The translations under genes were made by a program, and so were the position numbers. This document shows positions 19,339-28,351 of a stretch of 64,000 nucleotides of DNA, in pieces. The number at the start of each line of letters is the position of its first letter. The first letter of the stretch is position 1. The notes below the pieces were generated by a model, which did not search any database, was not told the origin of the DNA, and saw only the letters and a program-made list of their open reading frames with translations. The stretch covers positions 1,398,665 through 1,462,664 of the forward strand of contig CAWEZH010000002.1 of assembly GCA_963813535.1 (NCBI GenBank), in the 5' to 3' direction. The DNA is from an uncultured Chloroflexia bacterium (lineage in GTDB: Bacteria > Chloroflexota > Limnocylindria > Limnocylindrales > CSP1-4).

Positions 19339-19343
19339 GTCGC

Positions 19344-20681
19344 CTAGCCGGTCACCACCTGGTCGGCGATATCGAGCGCCGCGTCGATGGTCTCGAAGCC
19401 CTCAGCGAGCTCGTCCTCCGTGATGCACAGGGGCGGGTTCGTGTGGATCGAGTTGTTGGCGATCAACGTGTACAGCCCGTGCTCGCGGAGGTACTTGCCG
19501 ATGGCCTTCATCTCGTCGGACGTGCCGTTGAACGGGGTCATCGGTGTCCACGGGTCCCGGCTGCGGACGAGGTCGAGGATGCCGAAGAGGCCGAGGTTCC
19601 GGGTCGCCCCGACCGACGGGTGCTTCGCTGCGAGCCGGTCGTGGTGCTCACGCATGCGCGTCCCCATCCGCGCGGCGTTCTCGATGAGCCCGTCCTCCTC
19701 GTAGACGCCGATCGTCGCCAGCGCGGCGGCGAGCGAGACGGGATGTGACGAATAGGTCAGGCCGCCGTAGAACATCTTGTCCTCGAACGCCTCGGCGATG
19801 CCGCGGCGCATGGCGACCGCGCCCAGCGGCAGGTACGACGACGTCAGGCCCTTGGCCATCGTCATCAGGTCGGGCACGACATCCCAATGGTCGACCGCGA
19901 ACCAGCGGCCGGTCCGGCCGAACCCGGCCATCACCTCATCGGCCACCATCAGGATCCCATGGCGATCGCAGATCTCGCGGACGCCCTGGAGGTAGCCGTC
20001 AGGCGGGATCAGGATCCCGTTCGTGCCGACGATGGTCTCGAGGAAGACGGCGGCGATGGTCTGCGGGCCTTCGTAGCGGATGACGTCCTCGAGACCCTGC
20101 AGGCTCTCCTCGACCGGCCGCGGCTCCTTCTCGCCCCAGCGATGCGTGTCCGGGTAGCGAACGACGCCGACCAGGCCAGGCTCGTTGGCCCAGCGGCGCG
20201 GATCGCCGGTCAACGTCATCGCGCCAAGAGTGGCGCCGTGGTAGGCCCGGTAGCGTGCCAGCACCTTGTACCGCCCGCTGAAATGGCGCGCCAGCTTGAT
20301 CGCATTCTCGATGGCCTCGGCGCCACCCAACGTGAAGAAGACCTTGTCGATGTCGCCGGGCAGGATCTCCGCCAGCTTCTTGCCGAGCCTGCCCCGGATC
20401 TCCGTCGCGAACGCGGGCTGGACGTACTGCAGCTTGGTCGCCTGCTCGGTGATCGCGTCGATCACCCGCCGGTCGCCGTGACCGATGTTCACGGACATCA
20501 GCTGGCTGTTGAAATCGAGGATCCGCGTGCCGTCAGGCGTGTACAGCCAGACGCCCTCGGCGTGATCGATGACGATCGGGTCGACCGCCCCCTGGACCGA
20601 CCACGAGAAGAAGGTGTGCGCGCGGTTGAGAGCGACGATCTCTTCGGTCGTCATCGCCCCGGATGCGGTGCTGATGCCCAT
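19344..20681 (-). CDS. Class-III (omega) aminotransferase, beta-alanine/aminoisobutyrate--pyruvate type candidate
   Basis: PLP fold-type I class III blocks FFTLGGAEAIENAIKLAR and DEVMAGFGRTGRWFA, with a lysine in MTMAKGLTS. It is the first gene of the ABC importer operon. Confidence 0.8.
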   Translation of the reverse strand: MGISTASGAMTTEEIVALNRAHTFFSWSVQGAVDPIVIDHAEGVWLYTPDGTRILDFNSQLMSVNIGHGDRRVIDAITEQATKLQYVQPAFATEIRGRLGKKLAEILPGDIDKVFFTLGGAEAIENAIKLARHFSGRYKVLARYRAYHGATLGAMTLTGDPRRWANEPGLVGVVRYPDTHRWGEKEPRPVEESLQGLEDVIRYEGPQTIAAVFLETIVGTNGILIPPDGYLQGVREICDRHGILMVADEVMAGFGRTGRWFAVDHWDVVPDLMTMAKGLTSSYLPLGAVAMRRGIAEAFEDKMFYGGLTYSSHPVSLAAALATIGVYEEDGLIENAARMGTRMREHHDRLAAKHPSVGATRNLGLFGILDLVRSRDPWTPMTPFNGTSDEMKAIGKYLREHGLYTLIANNSIHTNPPLCITEDELAEGFETIDAALDIADQVVTG

Positions 20682-20754
20682 GGCTCCTCCTCCGGCGCCC
20701 GCGGGCGCGAGACCGGATTACAGCACATCTGCCGGGGGCCGACGGGTGGATGCG

Positions 20755-21708
20755 TCAGACGGGCTGTCGGCTGGGGGCACGAGGATCGTCAGCGCGGCCG
20801 GGATCGACACGCGCCGCGAGCCAGCCCGGCGGGTGCGTGTCGCCGTCGGACTCGACGGGTTGCGGCGGCTCCGTCTCGATGCGCACCTCGCGGACGGTCC
20901 GGCGGATGGCCGTCCCGTCGAGCCGCCCCTTGCGCACCAGCAACTCGACCGTACTGCGCAAGCCTCTCGCCAGACCCCGACCACCCACCACCACCAGGTC
21001 GAGCCGACCGTCGCTCGGATCGATCGGCTCACGCGGGCCGAGGCGGCCAGGGATGAGCTCTCCGAGGTTGGCGACGAGCGCCAGGTGACCTTCAAGCTGG
21101 AGTCGTTCGCCGTCGGCGACGATGTCGAAGGCGGTCGGTCTGAGCCGCGTGAGCTCGCGAAGCGCCGCACCGACATAGGCAGCGAACCGCAGACGGTGCT
21201 TCAAGTCCTCGTGGGCTGTCGCCATGATCCGCGCGTCCAGCCCGACGCCCGCTGCCACGACGAACGTCCTCCGTCCGTCGGGTTCGTCCACGCCGTAGCG
21301 GCCCCACTCGGCAAGGCCGAGGTCGATGGTACGCGGAACCCCGTCACGGATGACAGCCACGGCCGAGCGGACACCGTGGACCCCGATGCTTGCGGCGAGG
21401 ACGTTGCCGGTCCCGGCCGGCACGATCGCGAGCGGCGTGGACCGACCCGCAAGGATCTCGGCCGCGTGGCGGACGGTCCCGTCCCCGCCGATCGCCGTGA
21501 TCAGCGGGGACTCCACATGGCGCCGCAGCGCCGCCGACGCGGCCTCCTCGGTGTCGTCGACCACGACCGGCTCCCGAGCCGTACGGTCCCGGATGGCACG
21601 CGCGATGACCTTGACGGTGGCCGTCCGCCGGTCGGGATCGCGAAGCCGCGCTGCACGCGGGTTGACGACGAGGAGCGGAGCCGAGGGATCGCCCGCGATC
21701 GATGCCAT
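20755..21708 (-). CDS. Diacylglycerol kinase catalytic-domain (YegS/LCB5-like) lipid kinase
   Basis: Has LLVVNPRAARL...ITAIGGDGTVRHAAEIL...LAIVPAGTGNVLA. Confidence 0.75.
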   Translation of the reverse strand: MASIAGDPSAPLLVVNPRAARLRDPDRRTATVKVIARAIRDRTAREPVVVDDTEEAASAALRRHVESPLITAIGGDGTVRHAAEILAGRSTPLAIVPAGTGNVLAASIGVHGVRSAVAVIRDGVPRTIDLGLAEWGRYGVDEPDGRRTFVVAAGVGLDARIMATAHEDLKHRLRFAAYVGAALRELTRLRPTAFDIVADGERLQLEGHLALVANLGELIPGRLGPREPIDPSDGRLDLVVVGGRGLARGLRSTVELLVRKGRLDGTAIRRTVREVRIETEPPQPVESDGDTHPPGWLAARVDPGRADDPRAPSRQPV

Positions 21709-21760
21709 GCAGCGCCGAATGCTACCGTGTCCAGGACGAGGGGCAGCCCGGAGGAGACCA

Positions 21761-22165
21761 ATGGATCGCGCCGGATTCCGTGCCTGGCTCCAGCGTTATG
21801 TCGACGCGTGGCGGCTCAACGACCCGGTCGCCGTCGGCGACCTGTTCAGCCCCGAGGTGCGGTACGCCTTCGACCCGTTCAGCGAGGCGGTCGTCGGACG
21901 GAATGCGCTCATCGAGTCGTGGCTGGACGACCCCGACGATCCCGCGTCGTGGGAGGCCGACTACGAGGTCCTCGCGGTCGATGGTGACGTCTTCGTGGCG
22001 CACGGCCGGACCCGCTACCTGACGGACGACCGCTCCGCGATCGACCGCGAGTTCGCGAACGTGTTCGTCTGCCGCTTCGACGAGGACGGTCGCTGCCGGG
22101 AGTTCACCGAGTACTACATGCGCCGTCGTCCGGAGACGTCCGTCGAAGAGTCGGTCGTCGACTAG
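21761..22165 (+). CDS. SnoaL-like / NTF2-fold protein (paralog of 8588..8998)
   Basis: The internal ATG of ORF 21326..22165 gives MDRAGFRAWLQRYVDAWRLNDPVAVGDLFSPEVRYAFDP and DEDGRCREFTEYY. It aligns along its full length with the 8588..8998 product. Confidence 0.7.
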   Translation: MDRAGFRAWLQRYVDAWRLNDPVAVGDLFSPEVRYAFDPFSEAVVGRNALIESWLDDPDDPASWEADYEVLAVDGDVFVAHGRTRYLTDDRSAIDREFANVFVCRFDEDGRCREFTEYYMRRRPETSVEESVVD

Positions 22166-23106
22166 GACCCACTCGGAACGACGACTCGCAATGCCCGCGG
22201 GCGCGTGCGATACGAGACGGGCGTGTGTCCGAGATCGATGCCGTCGCCGCGCGCCGGGAGCGGATGCACGCTGGTGATCCGGACTTCGGCTGACCGGTAG
22301 GTCCTGGCTTGCGGCGCATACCGCCGCCGGCCGAACGAGATCGACGCCAGGTGGCGCAGGAGCTCCCACTTCGAGTACGTCGAGAAGATCGTCACGTCGA
22401 ACCGGCCGTCGTCGAGCCGGGCCGCGGGGGCAACGGTCATGCCGAGCCCGAGGTATGGTCCGATGGAGGCCGCGACCATCAACCCACGCGTCGACACCGT
22501 CTGACCGTCGAGCTCGATCGTCATCCGTGCCGGTCGATAGCGGAACGCGACGGCGATCGTCCGCGGTATCGACACCGCATCCCCCTCATCGGCCCGCGTG
22601 ACCTCGCGAAAGATCGCGGCGTTGAGCCCGACGGAGCCGGCCTCGAGGAACGGGACGACGCGCCCGTCGGCGGCGATCGCCTCACCGGTGTCCACCTCCC
22701 GGATGACGCCCGATGCCAGGACCTCGGCCGCCTGATCGATGTCACGCCCGATACCGAGCGCACGGGCGATGTTCATGACCCGGCCCAGCGGCAGGATCCC
22801 GAGTGCCGTCCCTGTCCCGAGCAGGCCCTCGGCAACCAGGTGTACCGTGCCATCGCCGCCGGCTGCGACCACGATGTCGACACCCTCGGCGACGGCGTGG
22901 CGCACGATCGCGCGGGCTTCCACCGCGTCGGACGGTTCCTCGACCTCGGCCACGACGCCGTGACGTTCGAGGACCTCGTGCAGCTCGTCGGCCGAGCCGC
23001 CCGCCTGGAGCGCGGTCGGCAAGCCGGCCGACGGGTTCCAGATGACGAGGATCCGCGGCGCTTCGGTCGGGGTCGTCGCCGTCGGGATCGCCTCGGGCTC
23101 CGTCAT
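22162..23106 (-). CDS. Diacylglycerol kinase catalytic-domain lipid kinase (second copy)
   Basis: The internal ATG of ORF 22162..23583 gives MTEPEAIP...ILVIWNPSAG...VVAAGGDGTVHLVAEGL...GILPLGRVMNIARAL. Its start overlaps the PAP2 stop (ATGA). Confidence 0.75.
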   Translation of the reverse strand: MTEPEAIPTATTPTEAPRILVIWNPSAGLPTALQAGGSADELHEVLERHGVVAEVEEPSDAVEARAIVRHAVAEGVDIVVAAGGDGTVHLVAEGLLGTGTALGILPLGRVMNIARALGIGRDIDQAAEVLASGVIREVDTGEAIAADGRVVPFLEAGSVGLNAAIFREVTRADEGDAVSIPRTIAVAFRYRPARMTIELDGQTVSTRGLMVAASIGPYLGLGMTVAPAARLDDGRFDVTIFSTYSKWELLRHLASISFGRRRYAPQARTYRSAEVRITSVHPLPARGDGIDLGHTPVSYRTRPRALRVVVPSGS

Positions 23107-23888
23107 GCGCGCTCGCGCGTGGTGCGCGCCTTCAGGCCTCGGTACAGGCGAGACAGACCCAGCAGATAGCTGATGCCCAGCAGGTACGACGCGCTCACGT
23201 CCGTGAGCCAGTGGTGGCCCTGGTGGACGCGGCTCGGTCCGACGAGCGCAACCAGCGAGAGGAGCGCACCGACGACCAACCGCCTGAGCCACGCGGGTCG
23301 CAGGAGGGTGTACGCGAGGTAGGCGAGGAACCCGTATACGCCGACATACGTGATGGTGTGACCGCTCGGAAAACTCGATCCGCCGAGCGGCGCGGCGATC
23401 ACCCGGACATCGACGCCGGCGACCGGCCGAGGCCGTTTCATCAGCGCCTTGACCAGCGACGCAAGGAGCGCCGTCCCCCATGCACCGACCATCGCGATCG
23501 CCTCGAGGCGCAGCCGTAGGGCCAGCAGCATCGCCACGATCACGGCCGGGATGATCCGGCTCTGGGGCGGGAATCCGGGCCATGAGACCGCTTGCATCAG
23601 CCGGGCGAGTGACGGGTGGGAAAAGCGCTGCAGCTTCATCGTCACGGCGAGGTCGATCGCGTCGCTCCGCCGGGCGCGGACGAGCCCGAAGATCGCAAGA
23701 AACCCGACGAGGCCCAGTCGCTCGAGCAGGGCTGCCGTCCGGCCGCGGCGGACCGCTATTCGTGGTGGGGCGACCTCGACGGGCGAGTGGGTCAGCTGGG
23801 TCACCCCCCGAGCATGGGATGGCCGAAGGGAGGCGGGCCCGTCGCGAGACGAAGGCTGCCTGCCAGCTCCATTACAAGCGGACGACAT
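23103..23888 (-). CDS. PAP2-family (type 2 phosphatidic acid phosphatase) membrane protein
   Basis: PAP2 motifs KALMKRPRP, SFPSGHT and SRVHQGHHWLTD. The start at MSSACNG is tentative, and the upstream 304 aa of ORF 23103..24800 are antisense to the amidohydrolase gene. Confidence 0.75.
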   Translation of the reverse strand: MSSACNGAGRQPSSRDGPASLRPSHARGVTQLTHSPVEVAPPRIAVRRGRTAALLERLGLVGFLAIFGLVRARRSDAIDLAVTMKLQRFSHPSLARLMQAVSWPGFPPQSRIIPAVIVAMLLALRLRLEAIAMVGAWGTALLASLVKALMKRPRPVAGVDVRVIAAPLGGSSFPSGHTITYVGVYGFLAYLAYTLLRPAWLRRLVVGALLSLVALVGPSRVHQGHHWLTDVSASYLLGISYLLGLSRLYRGLKARTTRERA

Positions 23889-24065
23889 GCCACGGCCGTG
23901 CCGTCCTTGGCGCCGGTGGTGTCGCCGGCCGCCGCTCCACGGCAACGCGAGGGCACGGCGACGGCCGGGCGACGTGCATGTGTCTCCGGCGTTCACCACG
24001 CCGCGGGTGGCGGTGTACCCTCCCCTCTCCAACTGCCACGACGCGACCGAAGAGGGAAGCCGACC

Positions 24066-24917
24066 ATGCCGCGAATCGTCCGTGGGGCGCTCGTCCAGGC
24101 CAGCTGGACCGGCGACAAGGAATCGATGATCCAGAAGCACGAGGAGCGGGCGGTCGAAGCGTCCAGGCAGGGCGCCCAGGTGATCCTGTTCCAGGAGCTC
24201 TTCTACGGCCCGTACTTCTGCCAGGTCCAGGACGCCCAGTACTACAGCTACACCGAGCTGATCCCCGACGGTCCCACGACCAAGCGGATGCAGGACCTTG
24301 CCAAGGCGACCGGCATGGTCGTCGTGGCCCCGATGTACGAAGAGGACGCGCAGGCGTCCGGCATCTACTACAACACCGCGGCGGTCATCGACGCTGACGG
24401 CACCTACCTCGGCAAGTACCGCAAGACCCACATCCCGCACGTCAAGGGGTTCTGGGAGAAGTTCTACTTCCGCCCGGGGAACCTCGGCTACCCGGTCTTC
24501 GAGACGGCCGTCGGCAGGGTCGGCGTGTACATCTGCTACGACCGGCATTTCCCGGAGGGCGCGCGAGCGCTCGGGCTCAACGGTGCCGAGATGGTGTTCA
24601 TCCCGTCGGCCACGTCGCGCGGCCTGTCGGAGTACCTGTGGCGGATCGAGCAGCCCAGCCACGCCGTCGCGAACGGCTACTACGTGGGCACCATCAATCG
24701 GGTCGGGATCGAGAAGGAATTCGGTGACGACGACTTCTATGGCCAGAGCTACTTCGTCGATCCGCGCGGCCAGTTCGTCGGCGACGTGGGCGATGCGCAC
24801 GACGAGGAGCTGATCGTCCGCGACCTCGATCTGGACAAGATCGCCGAGGTCCGCAACACATGGCAGTTCTACCGCGACCGGCGGCCGGACGCATACGACG
24901 ACTTGACACGCCCGTAG
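24066..24917 (+). CDS. Nitrilase-superfamily N-carbamoyl amidohydrolase (beta-ureidopropionase-like)
   Basis: The internal ATG gives MPRIVRGALVQASW. The CN-hydrolase catalytic triad context is present (FQELF, YRKTHIP, GVYICYDRHFPE). Confidence 0.8.
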   Translation: MPRIVRGALVQASWTGDKESMIQKHEERAVEASRQGAQVILFQELFYGPYFCQVQDAQYYSYTELIPDGPTTKRMQDLAKATGMVVVAPMYEEDAQASGIYYNTAAVIDADGTYLGKYRKTHIPHVKGFWEKFYFRPGNLGYPVFETAVGRVGVYICYDRHFPEGARALGLNGAEMVFIPSATSRGLSEYLWRIEQPSHAVANGYYVGTINRVGIEKEFGDDDFYGQSYFVDPRGQFVGDVGDAHDEELIVRDLDLDKIAEVRNTWQFYRDRRPDAYDDLTRP

Positions 24918-25044
24918 GCGCTATCATCCCCGCCGGCTCGGCTGTCAGGAGGAGGACAGCCGAGCCCTCACTGCAATGGCTCGCGGAGCGTCGCCTTGCT
25001 GTTCGGGGAGCGAGCGACGGATCGCCGTTGAGGTTGCCATTACC

Positions 25045-26034
25045 ATGCGATTCGGGTTCACCCTCAAGCCTGAGCACACCATCGAGCGCACCCTGGCGCT
25101 GACGCGCCAGGCGGAGGCGGCCGGCTTCGAGTACGGCTGGCTGTTCGACAGCCACGTCCTGTGGCGGGATCCCTATCCCCTGTTGACGCTCATGGCCGGC
25201 GCGACGGAGCGGCTGCGTCTCGGGACCTGCGTGACCAACCCCGGCACGCGCGAACCCTCCGTGACGGCCTCGGCGTTGGCGACACTGGACGAGATCAGCG
25301 ACGGCCGGATGGACCTTGGCATCGGCCGGGGTGACTCGGCCCGCCGGGTGCTGGGCAAGCCACCGATCACGCTCGCCCACACCGAAGAGGCGATCAACGT
25401 CATCCGGACGCTGGTCGCCGGGAAGTCGATCGACTACGAGGGCACGGAGCTGACGTTCCCGTGGACCCGCGGCTGGACCCTGCCGGTCTGGGTCGCTGGC
25501 TATGGACCCATGGCCATCGCCATGACCGGGCGCGTGGCGGACGGGCTCATCCTGCAGCTGGCGGACCCCGACCTCATCCGCTGGTTCGTGGGTCAGCTGC
25601 ACGAGGCCGCAACGGCAGCCGGTCGTGACCCGGCATCGCTCCAGGTGCAGGCGGCGGCGCCCGCCCACATCGGCCCCCGCGAGCTCGGCCGCGAGCGAAC
25701 GCGCTGGTTCCCGGCACTCGTCTCGAACCACGTGGTCGACCTCGTGAACAAGTACCCCCGTGAGCAGTTGCCCGAGGCACTCACCGGCTACATCACCGAT
25801 CGCACCGGCTACGACTATCACCACCATGCCGAGGTCGGGTCGTCGAATGCGGCGTTCGTCGGCGACGAGGTCGCCGATCGGTTCTGCGTCCTCGGCGAGG
25901 TCGGCGAGCACATCGACAAGCTGCACGAGCTGGCGGACGCCGGTGTCGACCAGTTCAACCTCTACCTGATGAACGGCGATGAGGAACAGCAACTCGAGGC
26001 GTACGGCACGGACGTCATCCCAGCCTTCCGCTGA
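25045..26034 (+). CDS. Luciferase-like monooxygenase (LLM) class oxidoreductase, probably F420- or flavin-dependent
   Basis: MRFGFTLKPEHTIERTLALTRQAEAAGFEYGWLFDSH...GIGRGDS, which has the character of a TIM-barrel LLM family member. The cofactor assignment is an inference. Confidence 0.7.
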   Translation: MRFGFTLKPEHTIERTLALTRQAEAAGFEYGWLFDSHVLWRDPYPLLTLMAGATERLRLGTCVTNPGTREPSVTASALATLDEISDGRMDLGIGRGDSARRVLGKPPITLAHTEEAINVIRTLVAGKSIDYEGTELTFPWTRGWTLPVWVAGYGPMAIAMTGRVADGLILQLADPDLIRWFVGQLHEAATAAGRDPASLQVQAAAPAHIGPRELGRERTRWFPALVSNHVVDLVNKYPREQLPEALTGYITDRTGYDYHHHAEVGSSNAAFVGDEVADRFCVLGEVGEHIDKLHELADAGVDQFNLYLMNGDEEQQLEAYGTDVIPAFR

Positions 26035-26176
26035 CCGTCGGCCGGCGCGAGGCCCTCCCCGACGAGGCAGGTACTGGCCAGGATGTCCGGCTGGTCAGCG
26101 GTACCTGATCTCGGCGACGATGGACCTCGCGCCGCACGGTCCCCCCGCCGTGCCGCGACTCGCACCGGAGGAGCGG

Positions 26177-26362
26177 ATGGCCGCCAAATTCAATCGCGGG
26201 CCGGATCCGTTCTGGGACGATGGCCGCGGTGCCCGCCGCCGCAACATGGTCCAGCGCACGGAAGCGTCGCTGGCCCTCATCCTCGCGATCGCCGCATGCG
26301 GCCTCACCGCCGCGATGTGGCTGCGCCAGGTGATCCTGCCGCTGTTCGGCGTCAGCATCTGA
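26177..26362 (+). CDS. Small hypothetical membrane protein (61 aa)
   Basis: A GGAGGA Shine-Dalgarno sits 5 nt upstream of the ATG. There is a single TM segment, ASLALILAIAACGLTAAMWL. Confidence 0.45.
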   Translation: MAAKFNRGPDPFWDDGRGARRRNMVQRTEASLALILAIAACGLTAAMWLRQVILPLFGVSI

Positions 26363-26461
26363 CCCTCCGGCCCCGCCGTCCCACTCCGCGGCGAGCGGCC
26401 CATCGCCTACCATCTCCCTCCTGACCGCCACGCCGTCGTCGTCCGAGGAGGGACCGCTTCG

Positions 26462-27860
26462 ATGCGCACGCTGATCGCGAACGGCACCATCGTCACCGCG
26501 GAGGGGTCGCAAGCCGCCGATGTCCTGATCGACGGCGAGACGATCGCCGCGATCGGTGCCGGTCTCGAGGCCGCCGGCATGACGGCCGACGAGACGATCG
26601 ATGCCTCGGGCAAGTACGTCATCCCAGGCGCCATCGACGTGCATACCCATATGGAGCTGCCGTTCGGCGGGACCTTCGCCAAGGACACATTCGAGACGGG
26701 GACCCGGGCGGCAGCCTTCGGCGGGACGACGACGATCGTCGACTTCGCCGTGCAGTCGCGTGGCAAGTCGCTGCGCGAAGGGCTCGACGCATGGCACGCC
26801 AAGGCCGAGGGCAACGCCGTCGCCGACTATGGCTTCCACATGATCATGAGCGACGTCAACGACGACACGCTCAAGGAGATGGACGGGCTGGTCGCCGAGG
26901 GCGTTCCCGACTTCAAGCTGTTCACCGCATACCCGGGCGTCTTCTACAGCGACGACGGGGCGATCTTCCGGGCCATGCAGCAGACCGCGAAGAATGGCGG
27001 GCTGATCATGATGCACGCCGAGAACGGGATGGCCATCGACGTGGTCGCGGAACAGACCGTCGAGGCCGGTACGACCGACCCGATCGGCCACGGCCTCGCT
27101 CGCAAGGCCGTCTTCGAGGGTGAGGCCACCAACCGCGTCATCCGCCTGGCCGAGGCGGCCGGCGTGCCGGTGTACATCGTCCACCTGTCGGCGAGCGAGG
27201 CATTGGCCGAGATCCGGGCGGCACGCGACCGCGGCTCGAAGGCCTTCGCCGAGACGTGCCCGCAGTACCTCTTCCTGTCGCTCGATGACCTCGGCAACGG
27301 GTTCGAGGGCGCCAAGTTCGTCTGCTCGCCACCGCTCCGGCCCAAGAGCCACTGGGACGACCTGTGGACCGGTCTCGTCAAGGACGACCTCCAGATCGTC
27401 TCGACCGACCACTGCCCGTTCGACTTCCACGGCCAGAAGGAGCTCGGTCGTGGCGACTTCCGCAAGGTCCCGAACGGGCTGCCGGGCGTCGAGGACCGGG
27501 TCGACCTGATGCACGACGGCGGGGTCGTGGGTGGCCGGATCACGAAGGAGCGCTGGGTCGAGATCGTGTCGACCGCGCCGGCCAAGATGTTCGGGATGTA
27601 CCCGCAGAAAGGGGTCGGTCAGCGTCGGCGCCGATGCCGACCTCGTGGTCTACGACCCCACCAGGAAGCGGACGATCTCGGCGAAGACCCATCACATGGA
27701 CGTCGACTACTCGTGTTACGAGGGTCGCGAGGTCCAGGGTGCGAGCGAGGTCGTCCTCTCACGTGGCTCGGTCATCGTGCGCGATGGCGAGTTCACCGGT
27801 CGCAAGGGCCAGGGCAGGTTCATCAAGCGCGGGGCCGCGGATCACGCGCGGATCTCCTGA
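26462..27860 (+). pseudogene. Dihydropyrimidinase / D-hydantoinase, reading frame interrupted by a 1-nt insertion at 27608-27614
   Basis: The N-terminal 383 aa come from ORF 26462..28003 (DVHTHMELPFGG; carbamoylated-lysine context DFKLFTAYPG). After ...MFGMYPQKG the homology continues in the frame of ORF 27531..27860 (SVSVGADADLVVYDP...GRFIKRG). The joined length is 465 aa. Confidence 0.85.
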
Positions 27861-27872
27861 AGGAGCACGCCG

Positions 27873-28346
27873 ATGGCGATCGCAGACACGAGATTCGGTC
27901 ACGTCAACGTCACGTCGCACGATTGGCGGCGGCTGGCCGCGTTCTACACCGACGTGTTCGGTTGCACCCTGGTGCCGCCAGAGCGCGACATCCGCAGCGC
28001 TGACCTGGATGCCGCCACCGGTCTCACCGACGCCCACCTGACCGGTGCCCACCTGCGGTTGCCCGGTCACGGCGACAACGGCCCGACGTTGGAGATCTTC
28101 TCGTACGACCAGCTCGACCGGCACCCGGGTGGCCGGGTCGACCGCCCGGGCTGGGGCCATGTCGCGTTCCAGGTCCCCGACGTCCCGGCGGCCGTCGATG
28201 CGGTCACGGCGGCCGGCGGCGGTCGCATCGGCGACGTGATCACGACGCAGACCGCCGACGGCCGGCGCGTGACGTGGGTCTATGCGACCGATCCCGACGG
28301 CAATCTCGTCGAACTGCAGGCCTGGTCGGCCGCGAGCGACCGATAG
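27873..28346 (+). CDS. VOC (glyoxalase/bleomycin-resistance/dioxygenase) family protein
   Basis: Has RFGHVNVTSHDWRRLAAFYTDVFGC...GWGHVAFQVPDV...DPDGNLVELQ. Confidence 0.75.
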   Translation: MAIADTRFGHVNVTSHDWRRLAAFYTDVFGCTLVPPERDIRSADLDAATGLTDAHLTGAHLRLPGHGDNGPTLEIFSYDQLDRHPGGRVDRPGWGHVAFQVPDVPAAVDAVTAAGGGRIGDVITTQTADGRRVTWVYATDPDGNLVELQAWSAASDR

Positions 28347-28351
28347 CGCGG

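Noticed and set aside
24694-27514. Long minus-strand ORFs 24694..25992 and 26015..27514. Comparable cases are 6212..7420, 15632..16723, 44634..46019, 53116..54318 and 54805..56442.
   Set aside because: All of them mirror clearly recognisable genes on the other strand (LLM oxidoreductase, dihydropyrimidinase, response regulator, binding protein, mmsA, Thr-synthase-like, adenylate cyclase/CGS) and have no family features.
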